Source: Oligoflexia bacterium (GTDB taxonomy: Bacteria > Bdellovibrionota > Bdellovibrionia > JABDDW01). From it: 28,263 bases of DNA. Both the position numbers and the translations under genes were made by a program. Below, in pieces: positions 1 to 8,814 of this stretch (position 1 is its first letter; every line of letters begins with the position of its first letter). The DNA is taken from positions 1 through 28,263 of the forward strand of contig JAYTHU010000160.1 of assembly GCA_043732305.1 (NCBI GenBank), read 5' to 3'. The notes under the pieces were generated by a model. The model did no database searches and was not told where the DNA came from. It saw nothing but the letters and a program-made list of their open reading frames with translations.

Positions 1-367
1 GCTCTTGCATTTTAACGTAGAGGTGATCGAATTTTAAAAACGTATTGCAATTCACGCAAGGATTTGGCGTTCGACCCTCAAGATACTCATGCACGAAAGG
101 ATCAATCACGTAGGCTTGAAATTTTTCCTCCAAGTTCATAACGTAAAAAGGAATCTCTAAAAGATCGGCCACGTTTCGAGCGTCTTGAACATCAATTGAA
201 GAACAACATGTGCCCTGACCGGGAGTGACATCGCATGACGTGGAATAATCCCAAACTTGCATGGTGATTCCGATGACATCATAGCCCTGTTCTTTAAGCA
301 GACCCGCAACTACAGAACTGTCCACTCCACCACTCATTGCTACTAAAACTTTTTTCTTTTGGATCAT
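1..367 (-). CDS. mnmA: tRNA 2-thiouridine(34) synthase MnmA, 5' part (runs off the window start)
   Basis: Manual translation from ATG at 367: [39 protein letters not shown]...GTCCS...[16 protein letters not shown]. It has the SGGVDS PP-loop and the PNPCxxCN motif. ATGA overlap with the upstream desulfurase stop. Not in the ORF track because it is truncated. Confidence 0.96.
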   Translation of the reverse strand, partial: MIQKKKVLVAMSGGVDSSVVAGLLKEQGYDVIGITMQVWDYSTSCDVTPGQGTCCSSIDVQDARNVADLLEIPFYVMNLEEKFQAYVIDPFVHEYLEGRTPNPCVNCNTFLKFDHLYVKMQE

Positions 368-1566
368 AAAACGTCCAAATCTCCTTCTAAAGCCTGAACC
401 TTCTGCACTTGACTCATTCGTTCTACAGCTTGTTTGAATCCGGTCAAGAAAGTTTTAATTTCCTGTTCCGTAGTGAGCCAGCCCAAACTGATGCGCATGC
501 TTTCCGAAGCCTCACTGCTAGTGAGACCCATCGCACGAAGCACTGGGCTAGGCTCCTGCGATCCACTGCTGCAAGCAGCGCCAGACGATACTGCAATTCC
601 AAGAGTGTCTAAATTGATGAGCAACGTCTCTCCGTCAATTTGAGGACAAGTAATGTTGATGGTGTTTGCCACCCTTGGAGCTTTAGTTCCATTGATCATA
701 AACTGAGGATAGGCTGCGATCAATTCACGCTCGAGAACATCCCGCATGGTTTTTATTTTTTCGATTTGCCCATTCATACGTGGACCTAAAATTTCCACTA
801 CTTTTCCGAGACTTCCGATCGCGAGGGCGTTTTCGGTACCCGCTCGGCGAGACCGTTCTTGTCCGCCACCGTCGATGAAAGTATCTAAATGGGATCCACG
901 TTTGACGTAAAGAATTCCCGTGCCCTTCATAGAATAAAATTTATGGGCAGAGAGTGTCGCAAAATCCACGCCAAGATCTTGAAGATCAATTGGGATTTTT
1001 CCGAGCGCTTGCACCATATCGGAATGCATGATGGCGCCGGAGGCTTTTGCAAGTTTCGAAATATCTTTGATCGGAAAAATGTTTCCCGTTTCATTATTAA
1101 CAAGTTGAACCGAAACCAACGCGGTTTTTGGACCAAGGTTCTTTCTTAAAAAATCGAGATCAATAAACCCATCGCGGTTCACGGGAATTGCAATCGCTTT
1201 GTAGCCGCGACTTTCCATGGCCTTAACTGTTTTTACAACCGAAGGGTGTTCAACTGAAGAATAATAAATTTCTGTTCTTTCGCGTGCAGAAAAAAAACCC
1301 TCGCCAGCAATAGGAGCGAGACTTCCTTTGATCGCTTGATTGTTCGATTCGCTGCCGCTAGCGGTAAAAATAATTTCTGTTGCATTGACGTTAATGAACT
1401 TGGCTACCGACTCGCGTGCGATCGTGATAACTTTTTTTGCCTCACGGCCCGCCCAATGAACACTCGATGCATTTCCAAACTTGGACAAATTGTCCGATAT
1501 GAATGGAAGTATTTCGGGGTGCAGTGGAGTGGTGGCGTTGTAATCTAGATAAATTCTCGAACTCAT
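364..1566 (-). CDS. iscS: Group I cysteine desulfurase (IscS/NifS family)
   Basis: Motifs [29 protein letters not shown] (PLP lysine), RAGTEN and SSGAACSS (catalytic Cys). Start moved from the track's 1638 to ATG 1566 (MSSRIYLD), which fits the family N-terminus. Confidence 0.93.
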   Translation of the reverse strand: MSSRIYLDYNATTPLHPEILPFISDNLSKFGNASSVHWAGREAKKVITIARESVAKFINVNATEIIFTASGSESNNQAIKGSLAPIAGEGFFSARERTEIYYSSVEHPSVVKTVKAMESRGYKAIAIPVNRDGFIDLDFLRKNLGPKTALVSVQLVNNETGNIFPIKDISKLAKASGAIMHSDMVQALGKIPIDLQDLGVDFATLSAHKFYSMKGTGILYVKRGSHLDTFIDGGGQERSRRAGTENALAIGSLGKVVEILGPRMNGQIEKIKTMRDVLERELIAAYPQFMINGTKAPRVANTINITCPQIDGETLLINLDTLGIAVSSGAACSSGSQEPSPVLRAMGLTSSEASESMRISLGWLTTEQEIKTFLTGFKQAVERMSQVQKVQALEGDLDVL

Positions 1567-1572
1567 ATATCC

Positions 1573-1597
1573 AGCTAGACTAACATATAGTCCAACT
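1573..1597. promoter_or_regulatory. Imperfect 25-bp palindrome, candidate repressor operator upstream of iscS
   Basis: AGCTAGACTA-ACATA-TAGTCCAACT: arms are 8/10 complementary and lie 6 nt upstream of the iscS ATG. Confidence 0.5.
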
Positions 1598-1698
1598 TTA
1601 AGCCCGTCACTTTGCCCTAGTTTAATCGTGACACGCAAGCCATTGATTTAATTGATATATTTCATGACGCAAAGTTGGACAAAAAGGTAGCTGGTACC

Positions 1699-4155
1699 TT
1701 AGGCGGCTTTGCCTCGGCGTTCGAAGCCGGGCATCTGGTGCAGGTAAATCCAATACTCCATGCCGGGCTGCCAAATGTAGGATGTGCGGCTAAGGTTTCC
1801 AGCAGCAACCATTTGATCAAGCTGCACAAAGTTGAAGGGCCCGTAGATGGTGGCGTCAACGCCGTAAACCAACCACTGATTGGCCTGAGTGCGGCGAGCG
1901 AGATCAATACTGGGGAGTGGAATGCCGTAGGGAACACCCATCGCGATTTTTTCTGCCGTTCGGCGAGAAAAACCTGGCATCTCAAAAAGAGCAACCATAT
2001 GCGGATCCCCTTCTCTAAATACATAAGCTGAATCCATATTGAATTGTGGTGCTTCCGAAATGGATTTCAATTGCGAGAGAAAATAAGGACCTTCCACTTG
2101 CTGATTATGCGAATCGCGAACTAAGAACCACATCTCAGCGCCTGGCACAGGTACCGGAGACGCAAAGGTCTTGGTCACAGTGTGTGCCTGGGTGTTGGCT
2201 CGTTCTGGAGCGGGAGGCATAGAAGGCATGAATGAAATAGAGTTAGCATGAATCGAATTGCTCGGATGAACCGCAGTCATGGTGTTAGTCTGCAGGTAAG
2301 CAGCATGCTCATGGTACGACTCGTCCTTAGCAGCGTCAATCGCACGCAAATCCCGAGATTTAATTTTGTCTTGATCACTCGGAGACAAAATTGTACGAAT
2401 TTGCCCAGCATTGTCTTTTGATCCGATGACTTCATGAACGGTAATTTTTTCTGCGCGCCCGGGCACTTGCAATGAAAGCGCAGGACCAACAGCAAATTGG
2501 CTCCTAACCATATTTAGCGCTGAAGCACTAATCAAAATATCGCTGCCAAGAATTTTATTTGCTGATTCAATACGGCTTGCTTGATTGACGGTATCGCCGA
2601 TGACTGTGTATTCTAAACGTTCTTCGGAACCAATATTTCCAGCGAGAACTTCACCAGAATGAATTCCCATTCCAATTTTAATTTCGGGTTTACCAGCAGC
2701 ATTTCTTTTACTATTAAATTTGACGAGCACTTCGCGCATTTCGAGCGCAGCGTTGAGAGCATTGACAACATCGTTACCTGAAGCTTCGGGAACACCCCAG
2801 AGCGCCATGATCGCATCGCCAACATATTTGTCGACAACACCTTTGTGCTTTTTGACAATCGTTACCATTTCGGTCATGTACTCATTCAGAAATTTTACAA
2901 CTTCGTCGGGCGAAAGCTGCTCACTAAATGCGGTAAACCCGCGAATATCACTGAAAAACACAGTGGCGACTTTGCGCTCTCCACCCAATTTTACCTCTCC
3001 GCTCATAATTTTATCAGCGATTTCTTTAGAATGAAATTTGTTGAAGGTTGACTTCAACTTATCACGCTCTTGCAGTCCCACAGCCATTTTTGAAAAGGCA
3101 ACAGTCAAAGCTCCAATTTCATCTGATGATTCCGCTTTGAGGGTAAAATTGAATTGACCGAGCGAAATTTTTTCCGTGGCGCGATACAATTTGCTCAAAG
3201 GACTTGTGAGTGATTGAGAGAAAGAAAAATTAAGCAGAAAAGCTAGACCCACGACGATACAAGCAACGAGCGTGGCGCGAAATTGCACGCGATTGATCGC
3301 GGCCAACGCCACCTCAGTTTCAATCTGAGCGACGATTATTGAATCACCGACGGGAATTCTTTTGAAAGCCCCCAAGTAACTCACATCTTGAGTATCGGAG
3401 AATTCCATTTGCAGATTGTCAAACTTGGATTCCTTGGCTTTTTGCACGATTGGAGATTGTGAAAAGTCATAATTTTTCAAACTCAATTTGGGATTTGAGT
3501 GAACCAGCAAAACACCATCGGATGTGACCCAGTAAGAACTCACCTGACGCTTTTTTGCAAAAGCCTTGATGAATGGCTCCTGGCGCAATTCCATTCTGAC
3601 TACCCAAACACTAGCAGAATCAGGATTTACTGGGTAAAAAACAGTGAGCACTGGTTTTTTATAGAGGTAGGAGGAGTTGAATACGTAAACAGGCTCCTTC
3701 AAACTTTTGGTCAAATCTTTCGCCATGACAGCGAGAGGCTTCGACTTAAAAACATCTGGAGTCATTTCAAATTCAGCCTGAGCTTCACGTTTTTGCAGAA
3801 AAACAGCTTCATGAAGCTCTTTTCCTTGCCAGCGATAAATACCGAAATCTAAGATTTCGTCGTTTTGACGAAGAATATTTTCAGCGAGACTCATGGCTTC
3901 AGCGTCTTTAACAACGGCTTCGTTTTTAACTAATGTCTGAAACACCAATTTTGATTTATCTACTGATTTCTCTAGAGTGGAGAATGTTTCCACAGCTAGA
4001 CGTTCAGCCAGATCTTTATTCATCTCCTGAACACGAGTGACAGATTCGTCTTTAAACAAATCCGTGGCAATAGCCACCACTCCACCAATCGCGGCGACAA
4101 CGATGAACGTGACCATAAAAATAAGCTTTGCGGATATTCCAAATATAACTTTCAT
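1699..4155 (-). CDS. Membrane class III adenylate cyclase: TM - periplasmic Cache-like sensor - TM - HAMP - cyclase - Pro-rich linker - two GYF_2 (DUF4339)-like domains
   Basis: Cyclase motifs FSDIRGFT, VDKYVGDAIM and EYTVIGDTVNQASRIE, with Lys/Thr indicating ATP specificity. HAMP: LTSPLSKL...DEIGALTVAFSKM. Two hydrophobic helices. Two C-terminal W..(x)n..GP[YF]...QL...(W/F).[E/P]G repeats. Confidence 0.92.
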   Translation of the reverse strand: MKVIFGISAKLIFMVTFIVVAAIGGVVAIATDLFKDESVTRVQEMNKDLAERLAVETFSTLEKSVDKSKLVFQTLVKNEAVVKDAEAMSLAENILRQNDEILDFGIYRWQGKELHEAVFLQKREAQAEFEMTPDVFKSKPLAVMAKDLTKSLKEPVYVFNSSYLYKKPVLTVFYPVNPDSASVWVVRMELRQEPFIKAFAKKRQVSSYWVTSDGVLLVHSNPKLSLKNYDFSQSPIVQKAKESKFDNLQMEFSDTQDVSYLGAFKRIPVGDSIIVAQIETEVALAAINRVQFRATLVACIVVGLAFLLNFSFSQSLTSPLSKLYRATEKISLGQFNFTLKAESSDEIGALTVAFSKMAVGLQERDKLKSTFNKFHSKEIADKIMSGEVKLGGERKVATVFFSDIRGFTAFSEQLSPDEVVKFLNEYMTEMVTIVKKHKGVVDKYVGDAIMALWGVPEASGNDVVNALNAALEMREVLVKFNSKRNAAGKPEIKIGMGIHSGEVLAGNIGSEERLEYTVIGDTVNQASRIESANKILGSDILISASALNMVRSQFAVGPALSLQVPGRAEKITVHEVIGSKDNAGQIRTILSPSDQDKIKSRDLRAIDAAKDESYHEHAAYLQTNTMTAVHPSNSIHANSISFMPSMPPAPERANTQAHTVTKTFASPVPVPGAEMWFLVRDSHNQQVEGPYFLSQLKSISEAPQFNMDSAYVFREGDPHMVALFEMPGFSRRTAEKIAMGVPYGIPLPSIDLARRTQANQWLVYGVDATIYGPFNFVQLDQMVAAGNLSRTSYIWQPGMEYWIYLHQMPGFERRGKAA

Positions 4156-4163
4156 GCCACTTT

Positions 4164-4191
4164 AGATCGGATTTAATTTTTTATAGCTTGA
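4164..4191 (-). promoter_or_regulatory. Candidate sigma-28 (FliA)-type promoter of the adenylate cyclase
   Basis: Minus strand reads TCAAG-N15-TCCGATCT-N8-ATG, resembling T(A/C)AAG-N14/15-GCCGATAA. The same geometry recurs at 9803-9841. Confidence 0.6.
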
Positions 4192-4212
4192 GAGAATAAG
4201 GTATCATTGGCT

Positions 4213-6348
4213 ATGAAAAACTTCTTGATACTCGCACCGGTGATAACTGTCATTTTCGCTTCTGGATATCTTCTTTTCAAAGATTACCACAATCCCCCGA
4301 CTATAGGCGAGGTCTCGCAAAACCGAGAACCCATCGGCGAAGTGGTGAGTCGAGAAAAAAATGTCCTTAGACAATTTGGTCAAGACGTGATCTGGAATGA
4401 TGTGGATAAAAAAGACACCATTTTTTTGCAAGATTCCGTGCGCACTGGAAAAGATGGCAACACCACCATCAAACTTTCGGACAACACAGTGGTGGAAATT
4501 GCCGAAAACAGTCTTGTTGTGTTTGATAAATTTCAAGGCAGCCTTGATCTGAAATTTAAAACCGGAGAAGTTGCCGTAGAAAACACCAGCCCAAAATTCC
4601 AAGTTCAGGTGAATGGAAATCGAGTGGCTACATTAGGAGCGAGTTTAAAAATTAGATCAGACGATGGCGGATTGAAAACCAAAGTGACAGTGGCCAAGGG
4701 TAAAGCGACAATTACAGATAAGAACGCTAAAGTTTCAAACCTTGATCAAGATGAATCCACAATTCTGTCTGACACAGGAACAACCAGATTAGAAAAAAAT
4801 GTGATTCAACTGAAATCTCCAGAAGACAAAACTGAAGTTTCTTCTAACATCCCCAAAACGATGCAGTCATTCACGTGGGCAGTCATGGTCGATAAAACTC
4901 CTTCGCCCGAGCATTTTGAAATTTCATCAAACGACAAATTTCCCAAGGGATCCACTCAACAGATTTTGGCTCATCAAGCAGTAACTGCTCCTTTGGCTCC
5001 CGGAAATAATTTTTGGCGAGTAGGTTGGGATGACGCTCAAAAACATCATCATTTTTCAGAAACGAGAACCCTGCTCTTGTCTGGTGATAAAAGACTCACT
5101 CTTTTTTATCCTGAGAATGAAACTAAGTTTCAGTTTGAGCCCACCGCTAATCAAGTCGAACTTCAGTGGAAGAGCGCACTTGATTCAAAAGTTTTTATGC
5201 TTGATATAGCAAGGTCTTCTGATTTCAGAAACATTGTAAAATCAGAAACCATCAAGGGTGTCAAAGGGACTTCAAACCAGATGATCAAAAATCTTGAGTC
5301 AGGCAATTATTTCTGGCGAGTGAAAGCCTTTGGAGACAAAAACGAAATTTTAGCCACATCAAATATATTCAGTTTCGGGATCAAGGTTAAACTCCCTGCA
5401 TTGCCGGAACTCATTAAACCCAGCATGGATGAATCAATCACCGATGCCGCGCCGATTAGCTTCAGCTGGAAAAAAATGGATGATGCTGAAAATTACCGAA
5501 TCAACATCTCTTCAGATTCAGATCAGAAAAATATTATCAAAACTCAAGTCGTAAAAACCGAGTTGCTTGCAACAACCATTCACAGCCAGTCTTCCGTCTA
5601 TTGGAGTGTCACGGCTTTGAATGCAACGTCATTACCGATAGGACGAAGTGAAACTCGCAAATTAAATTTCACTCATCACAAGGCTGAGTCTGCATTTGCA
5701 TTGACGAATCCTCCTGATGGCTCTCAAGTGGACCGACCTTTAAGTTCCGGCGCTATTGTCGATCCGATTTTGTTTCAATGGAAAGTCTTAAGACCCCTAC
5801 CCGACTCAATCACGATGGAAGTTTCGGATAATGCAGCTTTTTTAAACTCCCAAATTTTTAAGGATTTAAAACGTTTCTCACAAGAAGCCACACTCACAGC
5901 TAAAGGTAAATACTACTGGAGACTGTCAAGCACTTCGCCAACCAATCAACTGCTTACTGAAATAAGTTCTATTTCAAGCTTTCTTCTGCGCAATGTGAAC
6001 ATAATAGTTCCACCGCAGTTGATTTCACCTGATGACAAAGCCAAACTTGAAACCGATGATTTGATCGGCGTGAAATTTACCTGGAAACCCGTGTTACTTG
6101 CGGTTCAATACCACATCAATGTCGAAAAACTTGGTCCTTCGCCAGCTGATAAGAAAATAGTAATGGATAAAGTAGTTGCAGAAGACAATGTGATATCTCC
6201 ACGCCTTCCCGAGGGTCAATACCAATGGTCTGTCTCATCCTTAGATAAAGATGGTCAAGAAGGATCGGTAGGGCATGCGAGGACTTTTAGTGTTGGGCCA
6301 GTAGAACAAATGGACGCTCCTCAACTCAATGCACCGGTGGTGAAATGA
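4213..6348 (+). CDS. Membrane-anchored FecR-domain protein with five Fn3/Ig-like repeats
   Basis: N-terminal TM (LILAPVITVIFASGYLLF). FecR-like segment DSVRTGKDGNTTIKLSDNTVVEIAENSLV. Five repeats of L..P...F.W...Y/F.W.V. ATG 4213 preferred over TTG 4207. Confidence 0.82.
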   Translation: MKNFLILAPVITVIFASGYLLFKDYHNPPTIGEVSQNREPIGEVVSREKNVLRQFGQDVIWNDVDKKDTIFLQDSVRTGKDGNTTIKLSDNTVVEIAENSLVVFDKFQGSLDLKFKTGEVAVENTSPKFQVQVNGNRVATLGASLKIRSDDGGLKTKVTVAKGKATITDKNAKVSNLDQDESTILSDTGTTRLEKNVIQLKSPEDKTEVSSNIPKTMQSFTWAVMVDKTPSPEHFEISSNDKFPKGSTQQILAHQAVTAPLAPGNNFWRVGWDDAQKHHHFSETRTLLLSGDKRLTLFYPENETKFQFEPTANQVELQWKSALDSKVFMLDIARSSDFRNIVKSETIKGVKGTSNQMIKNLESGNYFWRVKAFGDKNEILATSNIFSFGIKVKLPALPELIKPSMDESITDAAPISFSWKKMDDAENYRINISSDSDQKNIIKTQVVKTELLATTIHSQSSVYWSVTALNATSLPIGRSETRKLNFTHHKAESAFALTNPPDGSQVDRPLSSGAIVDPILFQWKVLRPLPDSITMEVSDNAAFLNSQIFKDLKRFSQEATLTAKGKYYWRLSSTSPTNQLLTEISSISSFLLRNVNIIVPPQLISPDDKAKLETDDLIGVKFTWKPVLLAVQYHINVEKLGPSPADKKIVMDKVVAEDNVISPRLPEGQYQWSVSSLDKDGQEGSVGHARTFSVGPVEQMDAPQLNAPVVK

Positions 6349-7928
6349 TGATACCTTTTCCAAATAGAAAAATAAATCGAGCTGGCTCATTTTTAGTTGG
6401 TGCTTCGATTTCAATAATAGTTTTATTCGCTACGGAAACTTTTGCTAGAGATGTCGAGTTCAGCTGGGCCCCCATGGCCGGCGCAATTAAATATGAAATA
6501 CAAGTTTCTAAATCGCAGAAATTTGAAGTGATTGCAGCACAAGGTGCAACGGACAAACCCGCCTACTCTGCCCCCATAGATATTGGTCGATATTATTATC
6601 GCGTGCGCGTGATCGATATCAAAGGTCACCCTGGAAAATGGTCTACACTAGGAGCACTGTTGGTAGATCCCTATGCGCCCGAACTTCTCACTCCAGCGGC
6701 TGGTTTTGAAACTTCATATTACGAAGTAGCCCCAACAATCGACTTCACTTGGAAAACGAATATGCGAAATTCCGCCTATGAGATTTTAATTTCTAAATCG
6801 AGTGGAGAAAAAGTTCTCGAGTCTCCATCTAAAGAATTAAAATTCAAGACTGCCACTTTGCCCGAGGGCGAATACATTTGGAAAGTCAGATCTGTAGCAA
6901 ACGAAGTTACCTCTGATTACTCAACATCACGAGCCTTCACAGTGATTAAAAAACCTTTCACGGCACCTGTACTTATTAAGCCGACTAAAGACGGACTTTC
7001 TGCAGCTTATAGATCGGTGCCTTTCGAATGGCAAAAAGATTCCCACGCGCACTTTACAGACGTTCACTATGAAAAAACTGAGTCATACACTTCAGAAAAA
7101 AAACTTTTTTCTAAAACTGAAAAGGATTTGGATAAAGACACTTTCATGGACGAATACGAGGAGCCCGGCCAATATAAATGGTGGGTCGTCACCAAAGAAG
7201 CAAAAAATACTCCGGGGCTAGCTTCTGATTCGCAAAATTTCGAAGTGCGAAATGATGTGATTTCCAAAGGCAATTACGAACTTGAGTTTTCGCTGAGTCC
7301 GTTCAACGATCTTTACACCACCAGTTCGGCCAGACAAACTTCGGGAACGTCTCAGATTTCTCAGCAGTCCAGTGCTAGCAGCACCTTCATTGGTTTTCTT
7401 GGCGGATATTATTTTTTCGAAAGCATGGGGATATTTTTAGCAGAGCGAACAGCATCAATGTCCGTTGAAACTTTCAATGACACGGTTTCAGAAACGGATT
7501 TGCAACTTCGTTTGCGGTTTGGATCTAAAGGATTTAATCAAGAACTAATTGCCGGCTACCGCATCATGGATTTATTGGAAGTTGAAAACTCTCCGTCGAG
7601 TGAATCCACAAGTATTTCCGCAAGTGGTCCATTGATCGGATCACGGGTGACCGTTTCACTATCCGCAGCATTGAAACTTCAAGGACAACTTTTCTATTTC
7701 AAACCCATCGGAAACGTTGAGGGCATGAGCGGATGGGTGACAGATGTCTACGGCGGATTTGCCGCAGTCAAATGGAACTTCATGAACCAATTTTATTTAG
7801 GCTATAGATTTCAGATGGAAAGAATCAATAGCTCCTTCAACACTCCCCAGAAAGCCCCAAACGTCACATCCTCATGGACACAATATCGCCTTGAACCTTT
7901 TTACCTCTCTATCAGCTTCGAACACTAA
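6345..7928 (+). CDS. Exported protein with three Fn3-like repeats and a probable C-terminal outer-membrane beta-barrel
   Basis: Signal peptide ending ...ETFA|RD. Repeats FSW..GRYYYRV, FTW..GEYIWKV and FEW..GQYKWWV. The C-terminal ~220 aa are amphipathic Gly/aromatic-rich strands ending FYLSISFEH. ATGA overlap with the upstream gene. Confidence 0.75.
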   Translation: MMIPFPNRKINRAGSFLVGASISIIVLFATETFARDVEFSWAPMAGAIKYEIQVSKSQKFEVIAAQGATDKPAYSAPIDIGRYYYRVRVIDIKGHPGKWSTLGALLVDPYAPELLTPAAGFETSYYEVAPTIDFTWKTNMRNSAYEILISKSSGEKVLESPSKELKFKTATLPEGEYIWKVRSVANEVTSDYSTSRAFTVIKKPFTAPVLIKPTKDGLSAAYRSVPFEWQKDSHAHFTDVHYEKTESYTSEKKLFSKTEKDLDKDTFMDEYEEPGQYKWWVVTKEAKNTPGLASDSQNFEVRNDVISKGNYELEFSLSPFNDLYTTSSARQTSGTSQISQQSSASSTFIGFLGGYYFFESMGIFLAERTASMSVETFNDTVSETDLQLRLRFGSKGFNQELIAGYRIMDLLEVENSPSSESTSISASGPLIGSRVTVSLSAALKLQGQLFYFKPIGNVEGMSGWVTDVYGGFAAVKWNFMNQFYLGYRFQMERINSSFNTPQKAPNVTSSWTQYRLEPFYLSISFEH

Positions 7929-7973
7929 CAGCTCTTCGATAGCGAGGAGAAAAACCGGTCGATTGCAAATTCT

Positions 7974-7995
7974 GGCAATTAAAAATTTAATTGCC
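7974..7995. repeat. Perfect 10-bp inverted repeat between convergent genes (possible hairpin or termination element)
   Basis: GGCAATTAAA-AA-TTTAATTGCC, overlapping the stop codon of the minus-strand gene. Confidence 0.4.
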
Positions 7996-8745
7996 TAGGC
8001 CAAAGGGCACGGCAGCGCCGACGCTGAACATAATGGGGAATGGGATTAAAGTTTTTGATGAGAGCGAAGTAGAGTTGTAAATTGGTCCGAGTAAAAACAT
8101 AGTACGGACTGACATGATGCCAACAATGTGTTCGCCAAATAGTTTTTTGATTCCGACTCCACCCGAAACGATAAATCCATTGCTGCAACTTTGTGATAAT
8201 TCGGTGATGGGTTGATCAGGCAAACCTGACGTCACGCCCACGTTGCACGAAGTAGATCCAATCCCATAGCCGAGCATTCCTTCCCAAAAAACAGTTTGCG
8301 ACTGTGCTACAAAATGCCCCTCGGCACCTAAGCTGAGCACTGTCCAACTTTGTTTCAGGGATTTGAGGGAACTTCCGGGAATCAAAAAACTTGTATTGGT
8401 TTTTTGCGCTGCTTCTTGGCGCATGCTCACCGTTTCAATTCGGAATTTCCCGCCGATCTTTCTGTCGTCCCACGTTGTGAAAAATGCGCTACCTTGATAT
8501 CCGGCACCGGCGCCGAATGCTTGAACAGTAGGATCAGAAATCAACAGTGCCCCGTTCCCACCTAATTCTATACCTGCTGAAGAGGCAATTCCGCGTAAGG
8601 TTTTTCGGGATATTGTAGTCTTTGGAGTTATAATTTCGCTGGCTGCACCGTCTATAGAATCGACTTCCGCATAGGCGTTAGTGACGCCAAATGCATTCAA
8701 CAGACCAGTGAGCAACGCAAGCACTATAATCAAATTTTTATTCAT
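7987..8745 (-). CDS. Putative small outer-membrane beta-barrel protein
   Basis: Signal peptide (...NAYA|E). Alternating strands such as VLSLGAEGHF, FWEGMLGYGIG, IVSGGVGIKK and IMFSVGAAVPF. One Cys pair in a predicted loop. Confidence 0.7.
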   Translation of the reverse strand: MNKNLIIVLALLTGLLNAFGVTNAYAEVDSIDGAASEIITPKTTISRKTLRGIASSAGIELGGNGALLISDPTVQAFGAGAGYQGSAFFTTWDDRKIGGKFRIETVSMRQEAAQKTNTSFLIPGSSLKSLKQSWTVLSLGAEGHFVAQSQTVFWEGMLGYGIGSTSCNVGVTSGLPDQPITELSQSCSNGFIVSGGVGIKKLFGEHIVGIMSVRTMFLLGPIYNSTSLSSKTLIPFPIMFSVGAAVPFGLGN

Positions 8746-8751
8746 ACCAAA

Positions 8752-8780
8752 ATGTTACAAAGCTAGCCAGCGCGACGCAA
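8752..8780 (-). promoter_or_regulatory. Candidate sigma-70 promoter giving a leaderless transcript
   Basis: Minus strand reads TTGCGT-N17-TAACAT-N6-ATG, with no Shine-Dalgarno sequence before the ATG. Confidence 0.5.
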
Positions 8781-8814
8781 GCGCAATTGTGTTTAAACCC
8801 CTATTCTCTTTAGT

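Noticed and set aside
1567..1638. 24-aa N-terminal extension of IscS in the ORF track
   Set aside because: The family N-terminus begins near IYLD, and the extension spans the probable operator/promoter region.
1590..1680. MITE or Xer/dif-like site suggested by the 10-bp inverted repeats and the AT-rich core
   Set aside because: No target-site duplication, no second copy in the window, and a poor match to the dif consensus. Retained only as a regulatory candidate.
1662..2031. ORFs of 118-120 aa overlapping the cyclase 3' end
   Set aside because: Alternative-frame or antisense shadows of the GYF-coding region.
4213..7928. Treating the two Fn3 genes as one frameshifted gene
   Set aside because: The second ORF has its own signal peptide and a standard ATGA coupling, and a single chain would need both an IM anchor and an OM barrel.
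7933..7955. Hairpin CTCTTCG-ATAG-CGAGGAG as an intrinsic terminator
   Set aside because: No U-tract follows the stem on either strand.
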